Source: Squalus acanthias (Eukaryota). From it: 64,000 nt of DNA. Under the pieces are notes generated by a model. It had not been told where the DNA came from, searched no databases, and worked only from the letters and a program-made list of their open reading frames with translations. Positions 36,227 to 48,277 of the stretch are shown piece after piece. A program made the translations under genes and the position numbers. The stretch is taken from the NCBI GenBank assembly GCA_030390025.1, contig JASTWF010000811.1, forward strand, positions 62,001 through 126,000. Reading direction: 5' to 3'. How positions within the stretch are numbered: position 1 is the stretch's first letter; each line of letters opens with the position of its first letter.

Positions 36227-36972
36227 TGGCCCAGAAATTAAAGACTGAGTGTTGACGCGGAGGTAAGGCTTCCCCGCGATCTCTCACTCCGCGTTGGCTT
36301 TTTCAGATCCAGCTCGCACGAACTTGATGTTCTGGACATCAGCTGGGCAGTGCTTGCGTATCCCACCGGCGTAGTGAATTCGTGCGAGCTGTGGGATCAC
36401 GTGACTCAGTTAGAGCCAATGGCAGCACACCATCTTCCATTCATAAGTTTCACATACGTGCTGTGAAAGCTATGAATCTTACACCCCCCCAAAATAACAG
36501 CTAAACCTCAATTAATTTTTTTTTAAAAACCATCACATTAATAAAATAAGTATCGTTAAATAAATTAACCATTTTAAATAAAAAATTAAATTTTTGAAAA
36601 AATTTAAAATCTTTTAAAAAGTTATAAAAATAAACTTACCTGTCTTTAAAGTCTCTAAAAAAGATATACCTGTTAAAAAAAATTCAAAATAATACTTAAT
36701 TCACTACTTACCTTCTTAAAAGTGGGTCTTACTCCTCCTTTTTTCATTTCTAAAATCTTCCGTCCTTACCTGCGCGTCCAAAGCACTAAGTACACAGCGT
36801 GCGCGCAGCCTGTAGCACGCACGCGGTGCACCGAGGAACCGCCCCCTTTTCCAAAAACCAAGTGCCGGTTTTCAGCGCATGCGCAGGGCATGCAGAAAAC
36901 CGGCAATTGGTGAGAGAATACGCGAGAGTACGCAGTGCGTACTCTCGCGTCGCGGGATCAATTTCTGGGCCA
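36227..36972. mobile_element. Harbinger-type MITE (same family as 18393-19146)
   Basis: Perfect 13-bp TIR TGGCCCAGAAATT / AATTTCTGGGCCA; flanks TAT / TAA. Confidence 0.8.
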
Positions 36973-37044
36973 TAATGTGCCATCAGCTTGGTGTTTCCAT
37001 GTAAATGAGGCCTGACCATGCAAAGGCTTCTTACAGCCGACATC

Positions 37045-37780
37045 AGACCAACAGACGGACAGGTGAAGACGCTCTGGTCCATCCAGCCTGTCCCACACAA
37101 TTGCGATACCTTGTGTATCACAATATATACACTCTCCACCCCACCCCACCCGAAACCATGGGATCTCCTGGGAGAGGTGAAAAACCAGCTAAAAAACCCC
37201 AGGCCAAAAGGGGAAAAATCTGGGAAATTCCTCTCCGACGCCCCGAGGTGATTGAACCTAGTCCAGGAGCTCACTCTGGCCCTGAATTCCCTGCAGTACC
37301 CACCTTCTGTAAGAGGTGATCTCCGCCCCAGCCAGAAACTGGTCCAGCTCTCGCTTGAAGGAATTCAGCGAATCGCCGTCCACCACACGAGATGGCAGCC
37401 TGTTCCAGAGGTCCACCATTCTCTGGGAAACGAACCACCCACTGACATCTAACCTCGATCTGGCCTTGTACAACTTCAGATTGTGACCCCTGGTCCTCCC
37501 CAACCTATTGGAACAAACTGTCAACTGGAACACAATCTATCCCCTTCATTATCTTATAAATTTCCATTGGATCATCCCGAAGTCTACGCTTCTCTAAAGT
37601 GTAGAGGCCCAACTCTTTTACCCTATCTTGAAAACTAAGATGCTTCAGACTGGGAATTAGTCCAGTGGCTCCTCCTCTCCACCCTTTTCAAAGCCTCAAT
37701 ATCACCCACCATGTGAGGAGATCAAAACTGGATATAGTATTCCAAGTGCAGCCTGAGCAAGGCCTTGTACAAGGACAGAA
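37045..37780 (-). mobile_element. CR1-like LINE 3' fragment
   Basis: RTRGHNLKLYK...FVSQRMVDLWNRLP. Confidence 0.8.
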
Positions 37781-37891
37781 TCGTACACTAACTATTTTGG
37801 GATCCCTCCACCCATGACCTACCCGATGAATGCTCCACTTCAAGATTATCTCTGAGTCTCCAACTGTAGTACTAAATTTACTATGAAGCTT

Positions 37892-40133
37892 GGGAAAGGT
37901 AGCATAGCGGTAATGTCACTGGTCTAGTAATCCAGTAGGCCTGAACTAATGATCCAGAGACGTGAGTTCAAATCCCACCACAGCAGCTGGGGAATTTCAA
38001 TTCAGTTAATTAACTAAATCTGGAATAAAAAACTAGAATCAGTAATGGTGACCATGAAACTATCGGATTGTCGTAAAAACCCATCTGGTTCACTAATGTC
38101 CTTTAGGGAAGGAAATCTGCCGTCCTTACCTGGTCTGGCCTATATGTGACTCCAGACCCACAGCAAGGTGGATAACTCTTAACTGCCCTCTGAAATGGCC
38201 CAGCGAGACACTCGGTTGTAACAAACTGCTACAAAACACAATAATAAGAATGAAATCGGTCGGACAACCCGGCACTGGCTACGGACACGACAACGGCACA
38301 CCCAGCCCAGTCGACCCTGCAAAGTCATCCTCAGCAACATCTGGGGACTTGTGCCAATATTGGGAGAGCTGTCCCACAGACTAGTCAAGCAACAGCCTGA
38401 CATAGTCATACTCACAGAATCATACCTTTCATCCAATGTCCCAAACTCCTCCATCACCATCCCTGGGTATGTCCTGTCCCACTGGCAGGACAGACCCACC
38501 GGGGGGTATACAGTCGGGAAGGAGTGGCCCTGGGAGTTCTCAACATTAACTCTGGACCCCATGAAGTCTCAGAGCTTCAGGTCAAGAATGGGCAAGGAAT
38601 CATCCTGCTGATTACCACCTACTGCCCTCCCTCAGCTGATGAATCAGTACTCCTCCATGTTGGACACCACTTGGAAGAAGCACTGAGAGTAGCAAGGGCA
38701 CAGAATGTACTCTGGGTGGGGGACTTCAATGTCCATCAACAAGAGTGGCTCAGCAGCACCACTACTGACCGAGCTGGCCGAGTCCTGAAGGACATAGCTG
38801 CCAGTCTGGGCCTGCAACAGGTGGTGAGAGAACCAACACGAGGGAAAAACCTACTTCACCTCGTCCTCACCAATCTACCTGTCGCAGATGCATCTGTCCA
38901 TGACAGTATTGGTAGCAGTGACCACCGCACAGTCATTGTGGAGACAAAGTCCCGCCTTAAAACTGAGGACACCGTGCTAAATGGGATAGATTCAGAACAG
39001 ATCTAGCAGCTTAAAACTGGGCATCCATGAGGCGCTGTGGGCCATCAGCAGCAGCAGAATTGTATTCCACCACAATCTGTAACCTCATGGCCTGGCATAT
39101 CCCTCATTCTACCATTACCACCAAGCCAGGGGACCAACCCTGGTTCAATAAGGAGTGTAGAAGAGCATGCCAGGAGCAGCACCAGCACTAAGAATGAGCT
39201 GCCAACCTGGGGAAGCTGCAACACAGGACTACTTGCACGCTAAAAAGCAGAAGCAGCATGCTATAGACAGGGCTAAGCGATCCCACAATCAATGGATCAG
39301 ATCAAAGCTCTGCAGTCCTGCCACATCCAGTCGTGAATGGTGGTGGACCATTAAACAACTAATGGGAGGAGGAGGTGGTTCCATGAATATCCCCATCTTC
39401 AATGATGGTGGAGCCCAGCACATGAGTGCAAAAGACAAGGCGGAAGCGTTTTCAACCAGAAGTGCCGAGTGAATGATCCATATCGGCCTACTCCTGAGCT
39501 TCCCACCATCACAGAAGCCAGTCTTCAGCCAATTCGATTCACTCCAAGTGATATCAAGAAACGGCTGAACACACTGGATATAGCAAGCTATGGAACCCGA
39601 CAACATCCCGGCTATCGTGCTGAAGATTTGTGCTCCAGAACTAGCCGTGCCTCTAGCCAAGCTGTTCCAGTACAGCTACAACACTGGCATCTATCCGACA
39701 ATGTGGAAAATTGACCAGGTATGTCCTGTCCACAAAAAGCAGGACAAATCCAATCCGGCCAATTACCGCCCCATCAGTCTACTCTCAATCATCAGCAAAG
39801 TGATGGAAGGTGTCATCAACAGTGCTATCAAGCGGCACCTGCTCACTGATGCCCAGTTTGGGTTCGGCCAAGACCACTCAGCTCCCGACATCATTACAGC
39901 CTTGGTCCAAACATGGACAAAGGAGCTGAATTCCAGAGTGACTGCCCTTGACATCAAGGCAGCATTTGACCGAGTGTGGCATCAAGGAGCTCTAGTAAAA
40001 TTGAAGTCAATGGGAATCGGGGGGGGGGGGAAACTCTCCACTGGCTGGAGTCATACTTAGCATAAAGGAAAATGGTTGTGGTGGTTGAAGGTCAATCATC
40101 ACAGCCCCAGGAGATCGCTGCAGAAGTTCCTCA
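37892..40133 (+). mobile_element. LINE 5' part (APE plus RT start) with a tRNA-derived head, 3'-truncated
   Basis: A box TAGCATAGCGG (37900), B box GAGTTCAAATCC (37964). Then PDIVILTES, VGDFNVH, SDH endonuclease motifs and NYRPISLLS, LDIKAAFDRVWH RT motifs. Confidence 0.85.
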
Positions 40134-40545
40134 GGGAGGTAGAGAGAGGGAGAGATTTAGGGAGGGAATTCCAGAGCTGAAGGCATGGCCACCAATGCTG
40201 GGGCGATTAAAATCGGGGATGCTCAAGAGGCCAGAAGTGGTGCAGCGCAGAGTTCTCGGGGGGGTTGTAGGGCTGGAGCAGATCAGAGACAGGGAGTTAG
40301 GACACGGGCAACAGAGTTTGGATGAGCTCAAGTTTATGTAGGGTGCAAGATGGGAGGCTGGCCAGGAGAACATTGGAATAGTCAAGTCTAGAGGTAACAA
40401 AGACATGGATGTGGGTTTCTGCAGCAGATATGCTGAGGCAGGGGCGGAGTCAGACGATGTTACGGAGGTGGAAATAGGCGGTCTTAGTGATGGCGTGGAT
40501 CTGTGGTTGGAAGCTCATCTTGGGGTCAAACATAACGCCAAGGTT
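40134..40545 (-). mobile_element. L2 LINE fragments
   Basis: Similar to 41925-42645 (RSTIGGRAFS region). Confidence 0.75.
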
Positions 40546-41924
40546 GAAATGGGATTGAGAGATGTGAATTCTAGTCAGATCTGGGCTCCTTGCACATTGT
40601 TTCAAGCATTTTTTAAACTGAATTTAGGACAGTTCTTTCAATAGACATCAAACTGCAACCCTCCCCCACCCCCACCGCAATGTTTGAAGTGTCCCATCTC
40701 CATGGCAATCCATTTCTGAAGAGACATTGGGGCCACATTGAAACTATTCGACACCCTGAAATGGGCACAGGTGCGGTGCAATGGAATGCTAAATTAGACA
40801 TAAAGCCAGGGCCCATTTCAGGCCATGGTGGATCTTCCAGTTGGGTCTGGAGTGATCAGTGGATGCTCCTCTGAAATAAGGAGGGAGTTCATTTGGTAGC
40901 TAAAGTTAGAAAAGGGATGTCCTGCACGTGATTTGCCGGCAAGCTGAAAGGGTAATGGAGGGATCGAGAGACCTAGAAAAAAGCCTGGAAACCAAGGCAA
41001 AACACAAGAGCAAGAGTTCATTAAGTCGTTAAACCGTGAGAGGGCTGTCGGAGAAGAGGTGACATTATCAATGCAAATGGACTAGAAACAGAGGCTGTGC
41101 ACAGGCTAGAATGAAGGGTGATTGTGAGGAGGGCCCTGGGAGTGAGGAGTGTTTGTCTGAATCTTTCACTGCCTTGTGCTGCTCTACAGTCAGCCCACTG
41201 CCAGCACCAACATCAGACAAAGAACCCAGCACGCCATTCGCCTCATTAGCATATTGTAGGGCCGCCTCCCGCCCGGCAGCCGGCCAATTGGACAGCTTGG
41301 CCGGTGGGCAAGAGGGAACGTCAGCGGCAGGAGGTCACAGCCCCGCCCCCCGGGGACCCTTGGGGACAGCCCCCAGCACTGGAACAGGAGCGCCGGGAGG
41401 GGAGAGGTCGGGGGTCGTGGGGAGGTCGGGGGGGTGGAGCCTGTGGGGGAAAGGGGTTTCTTTGAACTATGCTGTGAGTGACAGTTTCATTCAATGGTCA
41501 AAGGCACCTTTCTGATATTTGATTAATGTCAGTCCGGGCTCCAAAGCGAAGGAGTGGGTATAACTGTTTTGTCAATTGCACCTCCCTCCTATTTTATTAT
41601 CGGAATAACACATGTTCATGGGAGTTGCACCAATCGCTGTATCAGCCTTCACATTTTGGCCTAATATGGTTCACAGAATCAAGTGTGGGCATGAGTTGAG
41701 GAAATAGGCTGACAAATGGCCAGTGGCCAAAGAAAAACTGTCAAGTCTGTGGTTTGTGTGACGAGCTCTTGATCTTAATCTTTATATCTTTGTGAACAAA
41801 TTTCTCACGACAGAAGCTTTCTATTTTTCATTTCACTGATTCAAGTAAATGTCAACAAAAAATCTAATTAAACTGAACAAAAACCTCAATATTTGATGTC
41901 GCAAAATTACTTAATGTAAGTTAA

Positions 41925-42645
41925 CAACAACAACAACAACTTGTATTTATATAGCGCCTTTAACGTAGTAAAACGTCCCAAGGTGCTTCACAGGAGTGTT
42001 ATAAAGCAAAATTTGACCCCGAGCCACATAAGGAGATATTAGGGCAGGTGACCAAAAGCTTGGTCAAAAAGGTAGGTTTTAAGGAGCGTCTTAAAGGAGG
42101 AAAGAGAGGTCGGGAGGCAGAGAGGTTTAGGCAGGGAATTCAAGAGCTTAGGGCCCAGGCAACAGAAGGCACGGCCACCAATGGTTGAGCGATTATAATC
42201 AGGGATGCTCAAGAGAGCAGAATTAGAGGAGCGCAGATATCTCGAGGGGTTGTGGGGCTGAAGGAGATTACAGAGATAGGGAGTGACGAGGCCATGGAGG
42301 GATTTGAAAAGGAGGATGAGAATTTTGAAATCGAGGCATTCCTTAACTGGGAGCCAATGTAGGTCAGCGAGCACAGGAGTGATAGGTAAATGAGTCTTGG
42401 TGCAAGTTAGAACACGGGCAGCTGAGTTTTGGATGACCTCAAGTTTACGTAGGATGGAATGTGGGAGGCCAACCAGGAGTGCATTGGAATAGTCAAGTCT
42501 AGAGGTCACAAAGGCATGGATGAGGATTTCAGCAGCAGATGAGGTGAGGCAGGGGCGGAGATGGGCAATGTTACGGAGGTGAAAATAGGCGGGCTTAGTT
42601 ATGCCGCGGATATGTGGTCGGAAGCTCATCTTGGGGTCAAATATG
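41925..42645 (-). mobile_element. L2 LINE 3' end
   Basis: LIHAFVTSRLDYSNALL...LHWLPV...FKTLLKTYLF; (TTG)n tail. Confidence 0.9.
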
Positions 42646-42956
42646 ATACTATGGTTCTTGGGTGGGCGGTAGAGAACGAGGATTTTAAATGAGAGGTGAG
42701 AGGGGTGTAACAAGGTGAGATGCTCAAAGGGTTGAAAGTGCCAGAGGAGATGAAAATAAGATTGGCAAAGAGAGAATATAAGAGTGCAATGGTGGTTAAC
42801 ATAAAAGGGAACACAAAAATATTCTACCGGCATGTAAACAGTAAGCGGGTAGTAAGAGGCAGGGTGGGGCCTATTAAAGACAAAGAAGGTGATATATGCT
42901 TAGAGGCACAGGGCAAGGCTAGAATACTCAATAAGTACTTTGTATCGATGTTTACT

Positions 42957-43901
42957 CTTCTTCTTCTTCTTAGACAGTCCCTCGGAACCGAGGATGACTT
43001 GCTTCCACACTAAAAATGAGTTCTCAGGTGACTGATGATTCCAATGCGGGACCTACAGTCTCTGTCACAGGTGGGGCAGACGGTGGTTGAAGGGGCGGGT
43101 GGGTGGAGTGCTTGGGTTTACGTGCACTCCTTCCGCTGTTTGCGCTTGGCTTCCGCTTGATCCCGGCGAAGAGAATCGAGGTTTTCGGCACCTTCCCGGA
43201 TGCTTCTCCTCGACTTTGAGCGGTCTTGGGCCAGAGATTCCCAGGTGTCGGTGGGGATGTAGCACTTTTTCAGGGAGGCTTTGAGGGTGCCCTTGAAGCA
43301 TTTCCTCTGCCCACCTGGGGCTCTCTTGCCGTGTCGGAGCTCCGAGTAGAGCGCTTGTTTTGGGAGTCTCGTATCGGGCATGCGGACGATGTGACCCATC
43401 CATCAGAGCTGATCGAGCGTGGTCAAAGCTTCGATGCTGGGAATGTTGGCCTGAGCAAGAACACTGACGTTGGTGCGCCTATCCTGCCAATGGATTTGCA
43501 GGATCTTGCGGAGGCAGCGTTGGTGTTACCTCTCCAGTGCTTTGAGGTGTCTGCTGTACAGGGTCCATGTCTCTGAAGCATGCAGGAGGGCAGGAATCAC
43601 TACTGCTCTGTAGACCATGAGCTTGGTGCCGGGTTTGAGGTCCTGGTCTTCAAACAAACTCTTCCACAGGTGACCGAATGCTGCACTGGCACACTGAAGG
43701 CGGTGTTGGACTTCACCATCGACGTCTGCCCTTGTTATCAGTAGGCTCCCGAGCTGTGGAAAGTGATCCACGTTGTCCAAGGCCTCATCGTGGATTTTGA
43801 TAATCGGGGGGCAGTACTGTGAGGTGGGAGCAGGTTGGTAGAGGACCTTTGTCTTGCGGATGTTCAGTGTAAGGCCCATGCTATCATTCACTTCGGTGAA
43901 G
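42957..43901 (-). mobile_element. RTE-clade LINE 3' fragment
   Basis: GLTLNIRKTKVL, GHIVRMPDTRLPKQALYSEL; (GAA)n tail; 7-bp TSD GTTTACT (42950-42956 / 43902-43908). Confidence 0.9.
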
Positions 43902-44418
43902 GTTTACTGAGGAGGTGGATGCTGACAAAATCTAAGGGAGTTGGGGGAAGAGATAGCGGAAGGGCTTGCCATAATTTTCCAATCTTCCCTCGATGCGGGG
44001 GAAGTGCCTGAGGCTTGGAAAGTGGCAAATGTGACACCATTGTTCAAGAAATGGTGTAAGGACAATCCTAGGAATTACAGGCCCGTCAGTTTCACATCAG
44101 TGGTGGGTAAAGTTTTAGAAACAATAATCAAGGAAATGATTTACGGGCACTTGGATGGGTTTAAGCTAATTAGGAGAGCCAACATGGGTTTGTAAAAGGC
44201 AGATCGTGTTTGGCAAATCTAATTGAATTTTTTGATGAAGTACCAGAGAGGATTGATGAAGGGAATGCAATGGATGTTGTCTGCATGGATTTTCAGAAGA
44301 CGTTAGATAAAGTACCACATAGAAGGCTGGTTAACAAAATTGAGGCTCAGTGGCAGCTTGGATAAGGAATTAGCTTAAGGACAGAAAACAGCGAGTTGTG
44401 GTAAATGGCTGTTTTTCA

Positions 44419-44700
44419 TAGAAACATAGAAACATAGAATCTAGGAGCAGGAGTAGGCCATTCGGCCCGTCGAGCCTGCTCCACCATTCAATACGATCAT
44501 GGCTGATCATCCAAATCCAGTACCCTGTCCCTGCTTTAATCCCCACAGTACACATATCCCACCCTACCCCCGTAACCCCACGTATTTAATTCCCCCTAAC
44601 ATATCCCATCCTATCCCCATAACCCCACATATTTAATCCCCCCCTAACACTAAGGGTCAATTTATCATAGCCAAATCAACCTAACCCGCACATTTTTGGA
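44419..44700 (-). mobile_element. 5'-truncated V-SINE (HE1-like) with CR1-type 3' tail
   Basis: aagggtcaatttatcatagccaaatcaacctaacccgcacatttttgga V-SINE-like segment, (TTTCTATG)n tail, TSD TTTTCA. Confidence 0.65.
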
Positions 44701-45731
44701 TTTTCAGACTGGAGGATGGTAGGCAGTGGTGTTCCCCAAGGGTCAGTGCTGGGGCCACTGCTTTTTTTGATATATATATAAATGACCTGGATATTGGAAT
44801 ACAAAGTAGAATTTCTAAATTTTCCGATGACACCAAACTTGGGAGTGTGGCAAACAGTGAGAATGATACCAATCGACAGCAACAGGACATAGAAAGACTA
44901 GCAGAATGGGCAGACAAGTGGCAGATGGAATTTAATAGAGAAGTGTGAGGTGATGCATTTTGGCAGAAGGAACAGGGAGAGGCAATATACACTTAATGGC
45001 ACAGTTTTAATGAGTGTGCAGGGACAGAGGGATCTGGGAGTTAATGTGAATAGGTCCCTGAAGGTGGCAGGACATATTGAGAGAGTGGTTAGCAAAGCAT
45101 ATGCGATCATGGGCTTCATAAATAGGGGTATTGAGTACAGAAGTAGAGAAGTTATGCTGAACCTTTATAAAGCTCTGGTTAGGCCACAACTGGAGTATTG
45201 CGTCCAGTTCTGGTCACCACACTTTAGGAAGAATGTGACAGCCCTTGAGAGGGTGCAGAGGAGACTTACCAGAATGGTTCCGGGGATGGGGGATCTTAGC
45301 TACAACGACAGGTTGGAGAAGCTGGATTTGTTTTCATTAGAGCAAAGGAGGTTGAGGGATGATTTGATAGAGGTGTACAAGATTATGAGAGGTTTGGATG
45401 GGCTAGACGGGGAAAGACTGGTCCCACTAGTTGATGGTACAAGAACTAGGGGACACAGATTTAAGGTTTTGGGCAAGAGATACAGGGGGGATGTGAGGAA
45501 AAACTTTGTTACGCTGCGAGTGGTGAGGACCTGGAATTCGCTGCGGACGGAAGTTGTGGAAGCAGAGACACTCAATGTTTTCAAGGAGAGACTGGATAGG
45601 CACTTGAGGGAAATAAACTTGCAGGGCTACGGGGATAGATCAGGGGAATGGGACTGTTTGGACAGCTCTACAGTGAGCTGGCACGGACTCGATGGGCCGA
45701 ATGGCCTCCTTCTGTGCCCTTATGACTCTAT

Positions 45732-46634
45732 GGGGGTGAAATTCAGTATCGCCCCGTTTGGGGCGCGATTATTGGCCGGGCGCAAAGTTTAGCGCCTGGC
45801 GCTAATTAGCGCCTCTGACTGCAAACTTGGCTTTTATCGCCCCTGGAGGTGATTGGGGCGCTAAATCAGGCGCTACACACCTGTCTTAAGGCGCAAAGGC
45901 CGAGGAGCGAGGCGCTACCTCAGAGCGCTGGCGAAGCTCATGCGATGTCAGTCAGCAATAGAACACAGACACACTGGCGGGGGACAGTTCTTAAAGTGGT
46001 GGGGGGGGGGGGGGTCGATCTTGCTCTCCATCCACACCCTGCTCATTGCAGGCTTGAATCTCGGCCTGGAGAGACCAGTACATCAATTCTGCTGGAAAGA
46101 ACAATGGAGAGGCCCAGGGAAAGAGCTCAGACTGCAGCCCCCATATTCTCTTCTAAATCGATGCAAGGAAGATCAAACCAGAAAGAACCTGCAAAGTGCT
46201 GCTCAGTACCCAAAACTCCTCAACACAGCTTTGAATATCTCCTGCAGTCTCTCTCTCTCACTCAGAATGCGTGGTGCAAAAATTTTGCTGACAAAAAAAG
46301 GCAGGAAGCGGTCGCCTTTAAATAGCGCTCCCCCAGTCCCTTCCAGACTGCAAAACGCTCCCCTCAACCTGTCGTTGCTAGCAGCAGGCGGTAAGACAGG
46401 GGGCGTCACTCAATATCCGGTCCGGGGCGCTACCGGGGCATTGCACTCTCGACTGACGTCACGATCGGCCGGCGCAGGAGAACGTGGCGGTAGTGTTTAG
46501 CACCGCCGCAAAATGTCTAGTTAATTTCGTGAGCGGCGCAAACATCGCCGCGCACGGGCGCTAGTTGTTTTGCGCCCCATTAGCGCCCTCTTAAGGCACT
46601 AACGGAAGGCGCAAACCAACCGAATTTTTCCCCC
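45732..46634. mobile_element. Non-autonomous deletion derivative related to the 22340-26524 Harbinger
   Basis: TIRs GGGGGTGAAATTC / GAATTTTTCCCCC, TSD TAT; subterminal sequence collinear with both ends of the large element. Confidence 0.9.
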
Positions 46635-46767
46635 TATGACTTCATCAGCAGTCTCCAGACTTTAAACAAGACCAAAAAAAATCATTCTTGCAAATGCTGG
46701 TGAGTAAAAATGGATTCTCAAATGGTTGGTGCAGCCTGTTAAATAGATACTGCAGTGCTATAATAAA

Positions 46768-46860
46768 TAAAAACAGAAAATGCTGGAAACACTCAGCAGG
46801 TCAGGCTGTGGAGAGAGAAACAGAGTTAATGTTTCAGGTCAATGACCCTTCGTCAGAACT
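46768..46860 (-). mobile_element. Penelope-like terminal-repeat fragment carrying a minimal hammerhead ribozyme
   Basis: Reverse strand AGTT-CTGACGA-AGGGTCATTGACCT-GAAA-CATT-AACT followed by ctgctgagtgtttccagcattttctg. Confidence 0.65.
46824..46860 (-). ncRNA. Minimal type I hammerhead ribozyme (probably degenerate)
   Basis: CUGAnGA and GAAA core, stem II GGUCA/UGACC, stem I AGUU/AACU; stem III reads GAAACAUU rather than the palindromic GAAACGUU. Confidence 0.6.
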
Positions 46861-47053
46861 GTAGTGCTATGTTGCAATCTTCATGTTATTGCAATCTTCA
46901 AACTGCTGTCAGCCTGGTTTAAAATGGCTGTTACTCAAATGATCAATTTCGAGCAATGGTTAAAGTGGGAAGATCATTTAGAATTCCCGGGTACGTGAAG
47001 ATGATTCATCAGCAAATAGCTAAATCACAACGGGTCACACGGCAGTAAAATAT

Positions 47054-47059
47054 TTTATT
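47054..47059 (-). terminator. Polyadenylation signal AATAAA of the upstream gene
   Basis: About 190 nt after the TGA at 47247, in unique sequence. Confidence 0.5.
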
Positions 47060-47246
47060 TAACTGCTGCACATCAAAGATAATACAGAATCATCAAAAAC
47101 AGAAGAATACATTTGATTCCACCATCACGGTGGGGCAGCCTTAGCTGGGTTCAGCCGAACACAGCACAAGTAGAAAACTCAATTAGCAAGATTACAGCGT
47201 GTGTTTGGAAAAGTTGCACTTTAGACAGCTCGCAACAAAGTAGCAA

Positions 47247-47344
47247 TCATGTGCTTCTGGGCTGTGGCTTGGGGGGCATCAGTCTTAAGACAATCCTCTG
47301 ATCAGATGGCAAATTACTGACGTACTGACACAATGTCCTTTCCT
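47247..47344 (-). CDS. Probable terminal coding exon of a receptor cytoplasmic tail: (Q)ERTLCQYVSNLPSDQRIVLRLMPPKPQPRST*
   Basis: Long polypyrimidine tract plus ctctcag acceptor; phase 1; stop followed by AATAAA. Confidence 0.5.
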
Positions 47345-47374
47345 CTGAGAGGGAGAGAGCCCTGAGAGCATTGA

Positions 47375-47479
47375 GCGAGAGAGAGAGAGAGCCAAGAGTA
47401 TCAAAAGGAGAAAGCAGCGAGCGAGGGAGGGAGAGAGAGCAGCGAGAGAGAGAGAGGGAGAGAGAGAGAGAGAGAGAGA

Positions 47480-47515
<36 letters not shown>

Positions 47516-47580
47516 AAGAGTATCAAAAGGAGAAAGCAGCGAGGGAGGGAGGGAGAGAGAGCAGCGAGGGAGAGAGAGGG
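47375..47580. repeat. (GA)n microsatellite with a duplicated gagccaagagtatcaaaaggagaaagcagcgag unit
   Basis: Visible directly. Confidence 0.9.
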
Positions 47581-47669
47581 GGAGCAGGGAGCTGTTCCAA
47601 GACTTTGAGATGGGTGGAGGGGAAGACAATGGTTTAACCCGACAATCAGGACGCCTGCATGTTATTACC

Positions 47670-48065
47670 TTTCAGAAACGATTATTCCCGGTGCCAGGAA
47701 TTTAAATGATGATGAAAAGTTAAGGAAGCTTAGATTGTTTCCTTTGCAAAACAGAAAACTGCAGCTTGATCGAATTGAACTTTATAAGATTCTGAAGGAA
47801 AGTGCCGAATCAAATTGTTCAAATACCAGGAGAAACAAGTTAGGAAGACAGGAGTAAAGGTTAAAGTCAGGCAGAACTTTATCACCCAAAGGGTCACAGA
47901 ATTGTGGAGTAAGGAACCGAAGAATGTTCCTGGTATGAACAGAATAAATGGGTTCAGGAGATAATCAGATGAGAAAAGGGATTGAGGGATCTGGTGAGCA
48001 GGTGGGGAGCAGGCTTGTTCGGTCTGATAACCTTTTCCTGATCGAATTGTCCATCATATGTTCTT
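47670..48065 (+). mobile_element. Old degenerate CR1 3' fragment
   Basis: IPGARNLNDDEKLRKLRLFPL...ELYKILK...RQNFITQRVTELW. Confidence 0.7.
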
Positions 48066-48086
48066 CCTCCCAGAATAGCATCTTAT

Positions 48087-48132
48087 GGACGGACTTCTTC
48101 TGTGCTTCAGCTGTCAGTTGTTTGTTTATTGC
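48087..48132 (-). CDS. Candidate 46-nt cytoplasmic-tail exon AINKQLTAEAQKKSV with mutated donor
   Basis: Strong acceptor ttttaattttgttcaaacag. Phase 0 to 1 bridges the flanking exons only if C|ATAAGA is a mutated C|GTAAGA. Confidence 0.4.
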
Positions 48133-48277
48133 CTGTTTGAACAAAATTAAAAATAAAGCAGTAATCTAAAGTAATCCAGTGTAAAATGTGACAATAAAAG
48201 ACAATTTCAGCCATTGTCCGAGTTTATCCCGGGTGTATCTGAGTCAAAGAGACTGGTAAGGTCTCAGGGTTGAGTGA

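Larger units (their letters stand above)
42720..45731 (+). mobile_element. CR1 LINE ORF2 3' portion, interrupted by RTE and SINE insertions
   Basis: NYRPVSFTS, VPQGSVLGP, ORF 44950-45792; tatgactctatg tail. Confidence 0.9.

Noticed and set aside
40620-41515. GC-rich segment and 134-aa ORF 41111-41515
   Set aside because: No domain or splice support; probably MITE debris, but the ends could not be defined
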